DNA of 64,000 nucleotides from Hyalangium minutum (GTDB lineage Bacteria; Myxococcota; Myxococcia; Myxococcales; Myxococcaceae): NCBI RefSeq assembly GCF_000737315.1, contig NZ_JMCB01000001.1, positions 434,001 to 498,000 of the forward strand, read 5' to 3'. Numbering within the stretch: the first letter of the stretch is position 1; every line of letters begins with the position of its first letter. This document shows, in pieces, positions 1-9,746 of the stretch. The notes under the pieces are model-generated. The model was not told the origin of the DNA and ran no database searches. It saw only the letters and a list, made by a program, of their open reading frames with translations. The position numbers were made by a program, and so were the translations under genes.

Positions 1-2642
1 CCCTCCTTGCACGGCCTCCTGTGGGAACGGGCCGCCGCGAGCGCCGCGGCGAGGGGATCGTCCTCGGCGAGCCGATCACCCTCCTCCACCCAGGCCCAGG
101 CGGGCTCGCGCAGCAGTTCCTGTGCCCTCTTCCGGCTGCCCAGGGCAATCGCCAGCTCCTCCTGGGCCAGCGCGGAGAGGACGTGCCGGGCCCGCTTCGA
201 GGCAAGCAGTCCCATCCACTCCGCATTGTCGCGCATCATCATCCCTACGCAGCGCTGGGTCTGAGGGTCTCCCAGGTCCAGCTCGTCCGAGGGCCCCGGA
301 AGCCGTGCGGGCGCGGGCCGGCCTGTGAAGTACGGGTCCTGCGCGGCACAGCCCTGCACCGAGAGCGAGTGCACCGCGTCGTACACCCCGGCGTAGTAGT
401 CCAGCTCGCGCAGAGGCCGATCCAGGAAGGCCGCGAAGTTGCCGAGCTGTGAACCCGCCAGCGGCGCGAAGCGCGTCGTGACGAAGAGGCGCCGCTCGGG
501 GACCCGGCCCTGCTCGAGCGCCGAGGCATGCTGGGAGATCGTGTCCAACGCCCCCTGCAGTTGCCGCAGCGTGGGCACCAGCCCCACCAACACTTCGATC
601 ACCCGTGCCCGCTGAGCGAGCAACTGGAGATCGCCTGCGCGCTCACTCACCTCGGACGCGGCGTCGAGCAGAGGCTGGACGGTCTTCGGATCGAAGAGGG
701 CTCCCTTGGGCAGCTCTCGCAACTGTCCTCGGGCCTCGCGCGACAGCTCGGAGAACCGGGGCTCCGGCATGGCTTCGATCCACCGGAGCTGCTCGTCCAA
801 CACCGTGTTGGCCAACAGGTGCGTGGCCGCTCCCAGTCCCTGGGCATTGCGCAACGTACTCAGGAAGGCCGCGCGCAGCTGCCACTGCTGCTCCTCGGAG
901 ATCTCGCTGCGCGAGAGCAGATCCAGCTCTCCGGCAAAGAACTCGATGACCGACGAGCTCAGCTCCATGCCACTGCGGAACGCGTCCTGGACGCGCAGCC
1001 CCGGGTCCTCTTCCTGGGTCAGCGGCGCGTCCACATAGCGGCGGAACTGTCCCCGCGCATCGAGCAGCCTCGCCAGCGACGTGCCGAGCGAGACCAGCTC
1101 CTCCACCGACAGCCGCTCGCCCACCTTCGCGGCCTGACCGGCATCCGCCTGGAGCGGATCCTCGCCGGGCTCTCCCCGCAGCACCCGGGCGCAGCTCGTG
1201 AGCAAGCCCGGGTTTGCGGTGGCGCTGCCCTGCGCCGACAACCTCCGCACACAGGAGAGCAGCACTCGTCCGCGCCGCAGCCGCTCGGGCACAGTCATCG
1301 AGCCGCGGGCGGGAAGCTCGGGCAGCCGTGCCTCGGTGACGCGCCCGTGCACCAACGAGGCGAGCACGCCATGAACTCCCGCGTACCGCCGGCCCGCATC
1401 CGCCGCGCTCATGAGCAAGGTGCGCGTAGTCCGGTTCCAGTGCATGGCCCGCGCCGTGCGCCCCAGCTCCGAATTGCGCGCGGTCGCCACCAAGCCGGTG
1501 AAGAACTCCAGGCTGCCCACGAGGCTCGCCCCTGTGGGCCCCCCAGAAGCCGAGACCGAGGCGGCCCGAGACTCGAAGCGGCGAAAGTCGGGATCGACGA
1601 AGACGTAGGAGACCGGGTTCCACAGGCTGGGCCCTCGCCTCGACTCCACGAGCTCGATGGCCAGCCCCACCGGCGCGTTGTCGAAGACGCCACCATCCAC
1701 ATAGGGGCGGCGGCACAGCTTCAGCTCCTGCCCCGGCGTGGAGTGCGCGGCGCAGGAGAGTCCCGTCAGAGGCCGCGACGCATCGGGTCCGGGGCACATT
1801 CCCTGTGTCACTGTCTGCTCGGCCGGACAGGAGGCCGTGCAGTCACACAGCTCGCGAGGGCTGAAGGCCACGGGGAACGCAGCGGAGGCCAGCACCGCCT
1901 GGCTCACCTGATCCGAGTCGACAGAATGCCCGGGAGGCTCGGGATCGGAGCGCTCGCCCAGCATCAACGCGCTGGGGGCCAGCTCGCCATCGCTCGGCAG
2001 CGGCTGGTGATGCAGGAGCACCCGGCCGCCGGGAGAGACCTGGAGCACCAGCGGCACAACGAAACGCTGGGTCATCGCCGGCAGTCCCGCGATGTGGCTC
2101 ACCTCGGGCTTCACCCGCGTCACACTGAAGCCCAGGGGCACGCTGCACCCGGGCTGGAAGTGGCGCGTGTCGCTCGGGCTGAAGACCTGGGTGCGCAGCT
2201 GCGCCAGCACGCCCTCCATCGCGCGCCGGGACAAGAGCCCATCGTCCGGCGTGTAGGCGCTGGCGTTCTCGGGGAGCAACTCGTCCAGCCCCACGGGGAG
2301 CCAGGTGTCCCGCAGCAAGTTGGAGTCCACGCTGTCGTCCGCGCTGGAGTCCGGGGCCTCGCACCAGAGCGCGGCGGCGAGCAGTGCGTTGATGCTGCCC
2401 GCGCTGGCCCCGGTGACGCCCACGAGGTTGGGACGAAACGTGGGCCCCTGAATGGGCTGGGCGCGAGCCAGCCGCAGGAAGCGGACGGTGCCCCACGTCA
2501 GCCCGGCCTCGTACGCGCCAAGGCTCACCCCTCCACTGATGGTGAGGGCAATGTCATGAGGGGGCGGCACCTTCTCGGCGGCCCCCGCCACACACGCCAA
2601 CAGCCCTCCCAGGACGGCCACCCACCGGACCCGATACAGCAA
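1..2642 (-). CDS. Patatin-like phospholipase family protein, secreted; 3' end runs off the window
   Basis: Manual minus-strand translation (absent from ORF track because no stop in window): GGAG then TTG at 2642, signal-like N-terminus, ISGGVSLGAY glycine loop, GASAG nucleophile elbow, later VDGGVFDNAP (DGG motif). Confidence 0.85.
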   Translation of the reverse strand, partial: MLYRVRWVAVLGGLLACVAGAAEKVPPPHDIALTISGGVSLGAYEAGLTWGTVRFLRLARAQPIQGPTFRPNLVGVTGASAGSINALLAAALWCEAPDSSADDSVDSNLLRDTWLPVGLDELLPENASAYTPDDGLLSRRAMEGVLAQLRTQVFSPSDTRHFQPGCSVPLGFSVTRVKPEVSHIAGLPAMTQRFVVPLVLQVSPGGRVLLHHQPLPSDGELAPSALMLGERSDPEPPGHSVDSDQVSQAVLASAAFPVAFSPRELCDCTASCPAEQTVTQGMCPGPDASRPLTGLSCAAHSTPGQELKLCRRPYVDGGVFDNAPVGLAIELVESRRGPSLWNPVSYVFVDPDFRRFESRAASVSASGGPTGASLVGSLEFFTGLVATARNSELGRTARAMHWNRTTRTLLMSAADAGRRYAGVHGVLASLVHGRVTEARLPELPARGSMTVPERLRRGRVLLSCVRRLSAQGSATANPGLLTSCARVLRGEPGEDPLQADAGQAAKVGERLSVEELVSLGTSLARLLDARGQFRRYVDAPLTQEEDPGLRVQDAFRSGMELSSSVIEFFAGELDLLSRSEISEEQQWQLRAAFLSTLRNAQGLGAATHLLANTVLDEQLRWIEAMPEPRFSELSREARGQLRELPKGALFDPKTVQPLLDAASEVSERAGDLQLLAQRARVIEVLVGLVPTLRQLQGALDTISQHASALEQGRVPERRLFVTTRFAPLAGSQLGNFAAFLDRPLRELDYYAGVYDAVHSLSVQGCAAQDPYFTGRPAPARLPGPSDELDLGDPQTQRCVGMMMRDNAEWMGLLASKRARHVLSALAQEELAIALGSRKRAQELLREPAWAWVEEGDRLAEDDPLAAALAAARSHRRPCKE

Positions 2643-2876
2643 GTCACTCCTCCGCTCTTGCAGACGCACGGGAGTCTACACAGGCCTGGGGATCGGGGTC
2701 ATGCTTCCCAGCTGAATTTCGGAGATGTCACTCACCATGGGATCGCCTTTTCGAAATGGATGCATGGATTGCTCAACGTGCGAGGCTTTGGATCGCCCCA
2801 TATTGCTCACAGGGGAGAAGAAGCTCCTTGAGTGCCTCCCCGCACTCAAGGAGCTTCCTGTCACCTCACAGCATTC

Positions 2877-3521
2877 TCAGTCGCAGTTCACGTCGTTGTA
2901 GACGTTGAACGGCTCTCCAGCGGCCACGTTGATGTTGGCGGAGGCCGGGCACGAGGAGGCCATCACCGCGTCGTACGAGCCGATGACCCAGGTGTCCGCT
3001 TTGTCGCTCGCCGGAGCGTTGTCCACGTCGCCGGCGCCATAGGCCAGGAAGCCCCAGGTGGCGTCGTCGCCGTAGATACCGGCGTCGGTCTTGCCGCTCA
3101 TGGCGGCGGGAGCCTCAGGCCCCCAGTTCGCGGAGGGCAGCGCCTGCGCCACGAAGAAGGGCGGGAAGCTGGGACCGAAGCGGAAGACGTCAACGCCGAT
3201 ACAGGTGTCGTTGTTGTTCTGAATCGGCATCTGGTTGGAGCGGTCCTCCATGCTGCTGCAGCCGTTCTCCAGGTGGTAGCTGTAGCGGTTGCCGCGCTCC
3301 GGAGCGAAGCCCGTGGCACGGATCACAGCGGGCGGCCTGCGCTGCTGGGTGCGCAGACCGGTGAACAGGGCCTTCAGGTTGCCGTGGACCTCTGACTGAC
3401 GGGCTCGAGCCTGGAAGCGGATGAAGTTCGGGATCGCGATGGCCGCGAGGATGCCAATGATTGCCACCACAATCATCAGCTCGATGAGGGTAAAGCCTGC
3501 CTGCTGACGGCGCTTCGTCAT
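2877..3521 (-). CDS. pilA: Type IVa pilin (PilA-like), stand-alone paralog
   Basis: Class III signal G|FTLIELMIVVAIIGILAAIAIPNF, GFAPERGNRY motif typical of myxobacterial PilA, Cys residues in C-terminal region; ATG at 3521. Confidence 0.85.
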   Translation of the reverse strand: MTKRRQQAGFTLIELMIVVAIIGILAAIAIPNFIRFQARARQSEVHGNLKALFTGLRTQQRRPPAVIRATGFAPERGNRYSYHLENGCSSMEDRSNQMPIQNNNDTCIGVDVFRFGPSFPPFFVAQALPSANWGPEAPAAMSGKTDAGIYGDDATWGFLAYGAGDVDNAPASDKADTWVIGSYDAVMASSCPASANINVAAGEPFNVYNDVNCD

Positions 3522-3567
3522 GGGACTGCTCCGTGTTGTTTGGGGTTGCACTGCGCAGGAACCCCAG

Positions 3568-3583
3568 AGCAATCAGCAGGCCA
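3568..3583 (-). promoter_or_regulatory. Putative sigma54 (-24/-12) promoter of the pilin gene
   Basis: Minus strand TGGCCTGCTGATTGCT: GG-N10-GC spacing, close to TGGCACG-N4-TTGCW, about 47 nt upstream of the ATG. Confidence 0.65.
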
Positions 3584-3790
3584 TGCGTGGATCAGCGCTG
3601 CGTTCGCGAGATTGCGCGAGCTTGGCGTGCGCACACGGCGCGGCCAGCGACAAAGCAGGGCAACTCGGTGCCGCGTTTGGGCAGGAGACCTGCGCGCTCA
3701 GTCAGGGGACCCACGCATTGGCACTTCCGAGCGTGACTGAGCACCTTCCCGCACCTGCGACGGCAGCCCTGCGTCGCCCACACCGGGTGA

Positions 3791-5476
3791 CTACAGCGCA
3801 GAGCTCGTGAGCCGGATGTCGGCTTTCGCCCACGCCCGCTGGAACTGCTGCTGCACCTGCGCCGCCTCGCGAGCGCGGCCCTGCCCCTGGAGCGCCTGGG
3901 AGAGACCGAAGAGCGCCCAGCCATTGCCCGGGTTGCGGCGCAGGTCCTCGCGATAGACGGCCTCGGCCTCCTTCCATCGCTTCGCCTTCAGCAGCGCCGC
4001 GCCCTGATAGTGACGCACGGGGTAGAACCAGTCGGCGGGCTCGGAGTAGACCAGCCGGTCCGCTGCCCGCACCGCGGCATCCCACGCGGCCAGCGCGTCC
4101 GGACGGCCCTGCCGCTCTGCGATGAAGGCCTCGAGCACCCGGGCCGCCGTACCCAGCACGTCGCGCGCGGTGTTGTTGCCAGCCCTCATGTCCTGGGGCA
4201 CCTCAGCCGCCAGCTTCACCAGCGCAGCCTGGTCCGCGCACGCCTCGTCGAGCCGTCCCCGTGCCGCGAGCGCCATGCCATGCGCGTGCAGCCACAAGCC
4301 CGTGAGCACTGGGTACTTCGGGTCCGGACGCGGCTCGGCGAGCAGCTCGTCATAGCGCCCGAAACGCACCATCGTGAACAGCGGTGCGGCGGCAAAGAAG
4401 TCCATGCCGGGCATCATCGACAGCATCTCCGGCGGGAGGGCGCGCGCCGCCTCGCGCGAGGCGTGCAGCGTCTCCTCGGCCCGGCCCTGCATGGAGGCGG
4501 CGAAGGCAAGGAAACCCCAATTGTGGCCGAGGTACATGGGGTAGTAGCCGTGCGGCTTTGCCTCGCGCACATAGGCCTGGTCAGCGGCTATCGCACGCCG
4601 GTTGGCCTCTGCGGCCTCCTCGTACATCCCGACGCGTTGGTAGATGTGCGCCGGCATGTGCACGAGGTGCCCGGCCCCTGGGAGCAGCCCCGGCAGCCGG
4701 CGCGCGGAGGGCAGCGCCCGCTCGGGATGGGACGAGGCCTCGACCGCATGAATGTAGTAGTGGTTCGCGCCGGGATGGTCCGGCGCCCGCGCGAGCACCG
4801 CCTCCAGCCGGGATACAATCTCCTCAGTGCCCTGCGCCGGCTGGCCATCGATCGTCCACAGCTTCCACGGGTTGAGGTTCATCAGGGACTCGGCGAAGAG
4901 CACCTGGACGTCCACATCGTTGGGGAAGCGACGGGCCACGTCGCGCATGGCAGCGGCGTAGGCTTCCTGGAAAGGCTTCATCGCATCAGGGGGGAGCGGC
5001 GCTGGACCGCCGTAGCGGCGGGCCAGCGCGCCGATGAACGCCTGCTCCACGGGAGTGGCCTTCGGGGCGAGCGCCATGGCCCGCTGCACTCCCTCCCAGG
5101 CGGCCGAGGCGCGGTCCGCCAACATGGGCATGTTGTAGTTGGGTCCAAGCACCAGAGCCGCGCCCCAGAAGCACATGGCACACGAGGGATCGAGCTGGGC
5201 AGCCCGGGCGAAGGAGCGTGCCGCCTCGTCATGGTTGAAGGCGTAGACGAAGCGCAGCCCTTGATCGAAGTACGCCTGGGCCTCCTTCGAGCCCGTTGTC
5301 ACCGGGTAGTGGTAGCTGCCGAGGTTGTCGAAGAGGATGGCGCCCTCTGCGAGTGTGGCCAGTCTGGAGCTCTGCCCCCGGGCTGCGGGCGGTGCATGGT
5401 GGGCTTCGGACTGGGCGAGCGCCCCCTGCCCCAGCAGCAGCAACAAGGCGACGACAGGCAACGTGGGCCAACGCAT
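3791..5476 (-). CDS. Secreted TPR-repeat protein
   Basis: RBS GAGGAGG before ATG 5476, signal peptide, helical repeats (AQAYFDQGLRFVYAFNHDEA; HPGANHYYIH; GHLVHMPAHIY). Confidence 0.8.
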   Translation of the reverse strand: MRWPTLPVVALLLLLGQGALAQSEAHHAPPAARGQSSRLATLAEGAILFDNLGSYHYPVTTGSKEAQAYFDQGLRFVYAFNHDEAARSFARAAQLDPSCAMCFWGAALVLGPNYNMPMLADRASAAWEGVQRAMALAPKATPVEQAFIGALARRYGGPAPLPPDAMKPFQEAYAAAMRDVARRFPNDVDVQVLFAESLMNLNPWKLWTIDGQPAQGTEEIVSRLEAVLARAPDHPGANHYYIHAVEASSHPERALPSARRLPGLLPGAGHLVHMPAHIYQRVGMYEEAAEANRRAIAADQAYVREAKPHGYYPMYLGHNWGFLAFAASMQGRAEETLHASREAARALPPEMLSMMPGMDFFAAAPLFTMVRFGRYDELLAEPRPDPKYPVLTGLWLHAHGMALAARGRLDEACADQAALVKLAAEVPQDMRAGNNTARDVLGTAARVLEAFIAERQGRPDALAAWDAAVRAADRLVYSEPADWFYPVRHYQGAALLKAKRWKEAEAVYREDLRRNPGNGWALFGLSQALQGQGRAREAAQVQQQFQRAWAKADIRLTSSAL

Positions 5477-5710
5477 GGCGATACCTCCTCGATTTGCACG
5501 GGCGGATTTCAAATGTCGCCCCGCGAAGTGCCTACGTCAGCGGCCTCGGAGACAGGGGGTCCCGTAAGCGCCTGTCCTTCTGGGGAAGGCAAGCACTCGC
5601 GAGTGTGCTGTGTGCAATCCCCCTGGGGACCGTGAGGCGATGGAACTCGGGATGGATCGCCTCCCACCTTCCCTCGCGTGGGCCTCTCTCCCACGCGGTT
5701 GGGAGTCCTC

Positions 5711-7153
5711 ATGAATCGTCTGAGCGCACCGTCTCGTCTGCTGTCCTGGCTGTTTCTGCTGTCCGGAGGCGCCGCACTGGCCCAGACGCCGGAGCTCCCT
5801 CCGGTTGTACCTGGCCCTGCCGCCATGCTCCTGGACATACGGCCCGGCCCCGAGGGCTCCGAACCCAACTTCCTCGAGGGAATGGCGCGCGGGCTCTTCT
5901 TCGAGGCCGACGACGGCACGCATGGCCGCGAACCCTGGACGAGTAACGGCACGACCGCGGGCACCCGGCTGCTGAAGGACATCCGCCCGGGGCCGGAGGG
6001 CTCGTTCGGCATCGGGGACCTGGACCTCAACGCCCAGCGCGTGGGCGGCTTCGTCTACTTCCCCGCCAACGCCGGCACCTTGGGGCTGGAGTTGTGGAGA
6101 ACCGACGGCACGCCCGCGGGCACGGTGGCGGTCAAGGACATCAACCCCGGCTCCCAGAGCTCCAACCCCTCCTTCCTCACCGCCTTCGGCAGCCGACTGA
6201 TGTTCCGCGCCACCGATGGGACGAGCGGGGACGAGCTGTGGAGGAGCGACGGGACCGCAGCAAGCACGGTGCGGGTGAAAGACATCAACCCCGGACCGGA
6301 CAGCTCCGGCCCGTTCATGCCGGTGGCCATCGGCTACCGGCTCTTCTTCAACGCGAACGACGGTGTCCACGGTGGCGAGCCCTGGGTGAGCGACGGAACC
6401 GAGGCCGGGACCCGGCTCCTGAAGGACATCAACCCCGGCGAGGAGAGCAGCACGGCGTTCTGGTTCACCGCGCTGCGCGGCAGCGTCCTCTTCGTCGCCG
6501 ATGATGGTGTGCACGGTCAGGAGCTATGGAAGACCGACGGGACGACCGCAGGCACGGTGATGGTCAAGGACATCCGTCCCGGCACAGGCCACTCCCTGCT
6601 CTCGCTGGGCGCGGTGCTCAAAGACCGGCTCTTCTTCTTCGCGGACGACGGCGTCCACGGCCGCGAGCTGTGGATAAGTGACGGGACGGAGGCGGGCACG
6701 GTGATGGTGAAGGACATCAACCCTGCGGGCATGGGCGCCCCAGGCGATGACTTCGCGGTCCTGGGCAGCCGGGTCTTCTTCGTCGGGGATGACGGACCAT
6801 CGGGAGCCGAGCTGTGGATGAGCGACGGCACGGCGGTCGGCACGACGAGGGTGAAGGACATCAACCCCGGAGCGGCCTCTGCATTCCAGAACCCCGCGCA
6901 GTTCCAGGTGGTCGACGGGCGCCTCCTCTTCGTCGCGAACGACGGCACCCACGGCTTCGAGCCGTGGATAAGCAATGGGACGGTGGCGGGCACGAGGCTC
7001 GTCCAGGACATCAACCCTGGGGCTGGCTCCTCGGATCCCTGGCAGTTCACCGCTGTATCAGGGCGCGTGTTCTTCACCGCGGAAGATGGCAGCCATGGCC
7101 GCGAGCTGTGGGCCATGCCGAGCCCCACCTTCGAGGAGAACACGCCGCAATGA
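5711..7153 (+). CDS. ELWxxDGT repeat beta-propeller protein
   Basis: About 9 repeats of (EL/EP)WxSDGTxAGTxxVKDIxPG; signal peptide; GGAG before ATG 5711. Confidence 0.9.
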   Translation: MNRLSAPSRLLSWLFLLSGGAALAQTPELPPVVPGPAAMLLDIRPGPEGSEPNFLEGMARGLFFEADDGTHGREPWTSNGTTAGTRLLKDIRPGPEGSFGIGDLDLNAQRVGGFVYFPANAGTLGLELWRTDGTPAGTVAVKDINPGSQSSNPSFLTAFGSRLMFRATDGTSGDELWRSDGTAASTVRVKDINPGPDSSGPFMPVAIGYRLFFNANDGVHGGEPWVSDGTEAGTRLLKDINPGEESSTAFWFTALRGSVLFVADDGVHGQELWKTDGTTAGTVMVKDIRPGTGHSLLSLGAVLKDRLFFFADDGVHGRELWISDGTEAGTVMVKDINPAGMGAPGDDFAVLGSRVFFVGDDGPSGAELWMSDGTAVGTTRVKDINPGAASAFQNPAQFQVVDGRLLFVANDGTHGFEPWISNGTVAGTRLVQDINPGAGSSDPWQFTAVSGRVFFTAEDGSHGRELWAMPSPTFEENTPQ

Positions 7154-7204
7154 CCATGGGCCCGGGAAGCGCATTGCCGGGTCCCAACTGCCGGAGGGGG
7201 GGCA

Positions 7205-8044
7205 ATGAAAAGCAAGAGAGCAAACATGGCTGTCATGCGCGCGGCGGCCGTTGCCTGCCTCGCTGGCGCGCTTGCGTGGGCGGTGCCCGCGGCGGCATCG
7301 TCAGCTCAAGCGTGTCAGAGGCCGCCAGCGACGGCCCGGAAGCCTCAAGCCGCCGACACCTTGCCGCGCGCCATCGAGCAGACTTCAGCCGTCATCGAGG
7401 GGGTGGTGAGCCGAATTGAGTACGAGTACACGGAGGAGGAAGGGCCCTGGACAGTGGTGACCTTGTCCAATACCCAGACGCACCTGGGCAAGGCACCGAG
7501 CGAGGTAAAGATCCGGCAGTTCGGGGGACCTCTCCCCAACGGGCACAGGCTCGTGGTCGCCGAGCTCACCGAGCTCTTCCATGGCGAGCGCTACCTCATG
7601 TTCCTGCGCAACACGGCGTGGAACCTGTCTCCGATTGTCAGTCAGTACGCGCTACGGGTAGAGATCGTGGGAGGACGCGAGTTCCTTGTCAACGACGAGG
7701 GCCAGGCCATCATCGGTCTGGGAGAGAGCGGTCTGGAGTTCTCAAGCCCCCTCTTTCCGAGGCCGGACGTCTCGGGAATCTCGCCCAGCCAGGAGACCGC
7801 CACCCGTCCCGTGGCCGCTGCGCTGGCACTTGACCGGGCCCAGCTCATTGGCCTGCTCAAGGCGGAGGTGAGCACGCGAGGCGCCCGCGTGGGCGGCGAG
7901 TTTTTCGACTGCCCCGCGGGCGAGTTCCAGTGGCGCCGGGTCGCAACGATGCCTCACGGCGCGAACACGAGCCCAGCGACTCCCGCTGGCCCGGTGCGGA
8001 GTAGCCCTGAGCGGGACATCTCGCGCCCCTCCCCTCATCGCTGA
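7205..8044 (+). CDS. Secreted hypothetical protein, possible protease partner
   Basis: Signal peptide (AAAVACLAGALAWA...A), beta-rich core VIEGVVSRIEY...VKIRQFGG...YLMFL; directly upstream of the metalloprotease. Confidence 0.6.
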   Translation: MKSKRANMAVMRAAAVACLAGALAWAVPAAASSAQACQRPPATARKPQAADTLPRAIEQTSAVIEGVVSRIEYEYTEEEGPWTVVTLSNTQTHLGKAPSEVKIRQFGGPLPNGHRLVVAELTELFHGERYLMFLRNTAWNLSPIVSQYALRVEIVGGREFLVNDEGQAIIGLGESGLEFSSPLFPRPDVSGISPSQETATRPVAAALALDRAQLIGLLKAEVSTRGARVGGEFFDCPAGEFQWRRVATMPHGANTSPATPAGPVRSSPERDISRPSPHR

Positions 8045-8065
8045 CGAGCACACCCTGAGGTATCC

Positions 8066-9100
8066 ATGAAACAAGCCATTCATTCCTGGGCCTCGAGAGC
8101 GGCACTGGTAGCAGTAAGCTGTCTCTTGCTTCCGATGTCCGCGAATGCAGCGGTCTGGAGAACCTGTAATGGAAGCCCCATCCAATGGCGTGGCCGGGTC
8201 GATCTCCACCGTAACCGCTGCAGCATCCCAGACACGGGGATCATCCTGAGAGCCTACTGGAATGGTGTCCTTCAATGGGACAACCTGTCCGGCGTCGTTG
8301 ACGGATTCTGGGTCAACCCCGCGACCGACTGCTCGATTGGACAAAACGATGGCCAGAGCGAGGTGGGCCTCACCAACCGGTCCAGCATCGATGGCGCGAA
8401 TGGTGTCACCATCCTTCAGCTTGGCGCGTGCACCACCGGCCCCAGCAACATCAATGAAGCCGATATCCTGCTGGCCAGTGATCTCACGTTCGACGTGAAG
8501 TGGGGCAACTTCAGGGGCACCGCCGGGCGCAGCACCTTCGTGCACGAGTTCGGCCACTTCTTCGGGTTCCTGCACGAGGATGTGCACGCGGTTCTCCGGA
8601 CGACTCCGCCGCACCTCCTCACCGGCGGCACCGAGTCATCGACTGTCTGGCCCAGCGACACCCTGGGCATGAACGCGCTGTATGGCTTCCGCTCGGGCGT
8701 GAACCTCCTCCCCTCAGCGCTCGGAGTCGTGGGGAGCTCCGTGCAGACGCTCGATCCCGCGCTCACGCTCACCCTGTGCCGAGGCAGCTCGAGGAGGACG
8801 CGCTTCTATCTGGGCAATGACGGGAACGTAGGCTCTGGCACTTATGGCTTGCGCATCCGCCTGAGTACCGTGCCTCCATTCAGCGGGTATACGGGGACGA
8901 CGACGGTGGTGGCTTCGTTTACTCACTCGCTGGGAGGCTTTAGCCAGGGCATTTTTGATTTGAATTTCCGGATCCCTCCCACCCTGCCAAACGGGACGTA
9001 TTACATCTATCTGGACATGGACCCTGCGCGCACGATTCCAGAGAGCCAGGAAGGGGACAACTCCACGGTCAGCGCGATGAGGATCAACGTCAACTGCTGA
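8066..9100 (+). CDS. Secreted zinc metalloprotease (metzincin/matrixin-like) with C-terminal Ig/CARDB-like domain
   Basis: HEFGHFFGFLH (HExxHxxGxxH), signal peptide, C-terminal GTYYIYLDMDP...ESQEGDN CARDB-like end. Confidence 0.75.
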   Translation: MKQAIHSWASRAALVAVSCLLLPMSANAAVWRTCNGSPIQWRGRVDLHRNRCSIPDTGIILRAYWNGVLQWDNLSGVVDGFWVNPATDCSIGQNDGQSEVGLTNRSSIDGANGVTILQLGACTTGPSNINEADILLASDLTFDVKWGNFRGTAGRSTFVHEFGHFFGFLHEDVHAVLRTTPPHLLTGGTESSTVWPSDTLGMNALYGFRSGVNLLPSALGVVGSSVQTLDPALTLTLCRGSSRRTRFYLGNDGNVGSGTYGLRIRLSTVPPFSGYTGTTTVVASFTHSLGGFSQGIFDLNFRIPPTLPNGTYYIYLDMDPARTIPESQEGDNSTVSAMRINVNC

Positions 9101-9113
9101 GAGGAGAATGCAC

Positions 9114-9743
9114 ATGGCACATGAATGGATCCTGGCCGTGATGGCCGCAGCCTCTTTGAGTGGCTGCAGGGACCGCAGTCCAGATGCTGAACAGGTGACA
9201 CCGCCCTCGGAGGAACAGCCGGCACCTCCGGACCGCTTCGTCCTCACAACCCGTGACGGACAGCGGTTCACGGGGGCGGATGCTCGCATCGACATCCGGT
9301 TTACCGAGCGCACGGCACCAGCAGACGTGGAGCTGTCCTTCACGACGAGCGATGCGGCCGGCGGCACTTGGGCAGCACTCGCACGGCCCCCGGTGGATTT
9401 CCTCCGGCTCCGGAGCCTGGGAGTCCCCATTGCGACGGGCGCCCTGGGGCCTGGCCAAGCGGCGGTTGAGCGCAGGTCCGCCGAGGGGACTTCGACCCTG
9501 GCGGACTCCGGCGAGCTTCAGCTGAAGTTGGAGGACAACAAGCTGGTGGGCGAGTTCTCCCGTACGCCAGCGGGATTCGAGGCCCGGTTTGCCGGTCCGT
9601 TCGTGGTGACCTGCTCCGTCCCTCAATCCGCCGGCGGGCCGAATCCGCCGTCACCTGAGGGCGGCGGCTCTCTCGTGCTCGTGGTGGACACGAATTTCGA
9701 GACGGAGCTCTGCCGCCCCTTTGCCGCGCTGGCGGGCCAATAG
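9114..9743 (+). CDS. Lipoprotein of unknown function
   Basis: Lipobox LSGC; GAGGAG upstream; follows the protease by 13 nt. Confidence 0.7.
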   Translation: MAHEWILAVMAAASLSGCRDRSPDAEQVTPPSEEQPAPPDRFVLTTRDGQRFTGADARIDIRFTERTAPADVELSFTTSDAAGGTWAALARPPVDFLRLRSLGVPIATGALGPGQAAVERRSAEGTSTLADSGELQLKLEDNKLVGEFSRTPAGFEARFAGPFVVTCSVPQSAGGPNPPSPEGGGSLVLVVDTNFETELCRPFAALAGQ

Positions 9744-9746
9744 CAG

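Noticed and set aside
528-2831. 767-aa plus-strand ORF, and similar long antisense ORFs (e.g. 4010-5635, 16863-18881, 40287-42350, 54244-region antisense 53821-55893)
   Set aside because: They shadow well-supported genes on the other strand, are Arg/Ala/Gly-rich with no motifs, and are typical of high-GC DNA.
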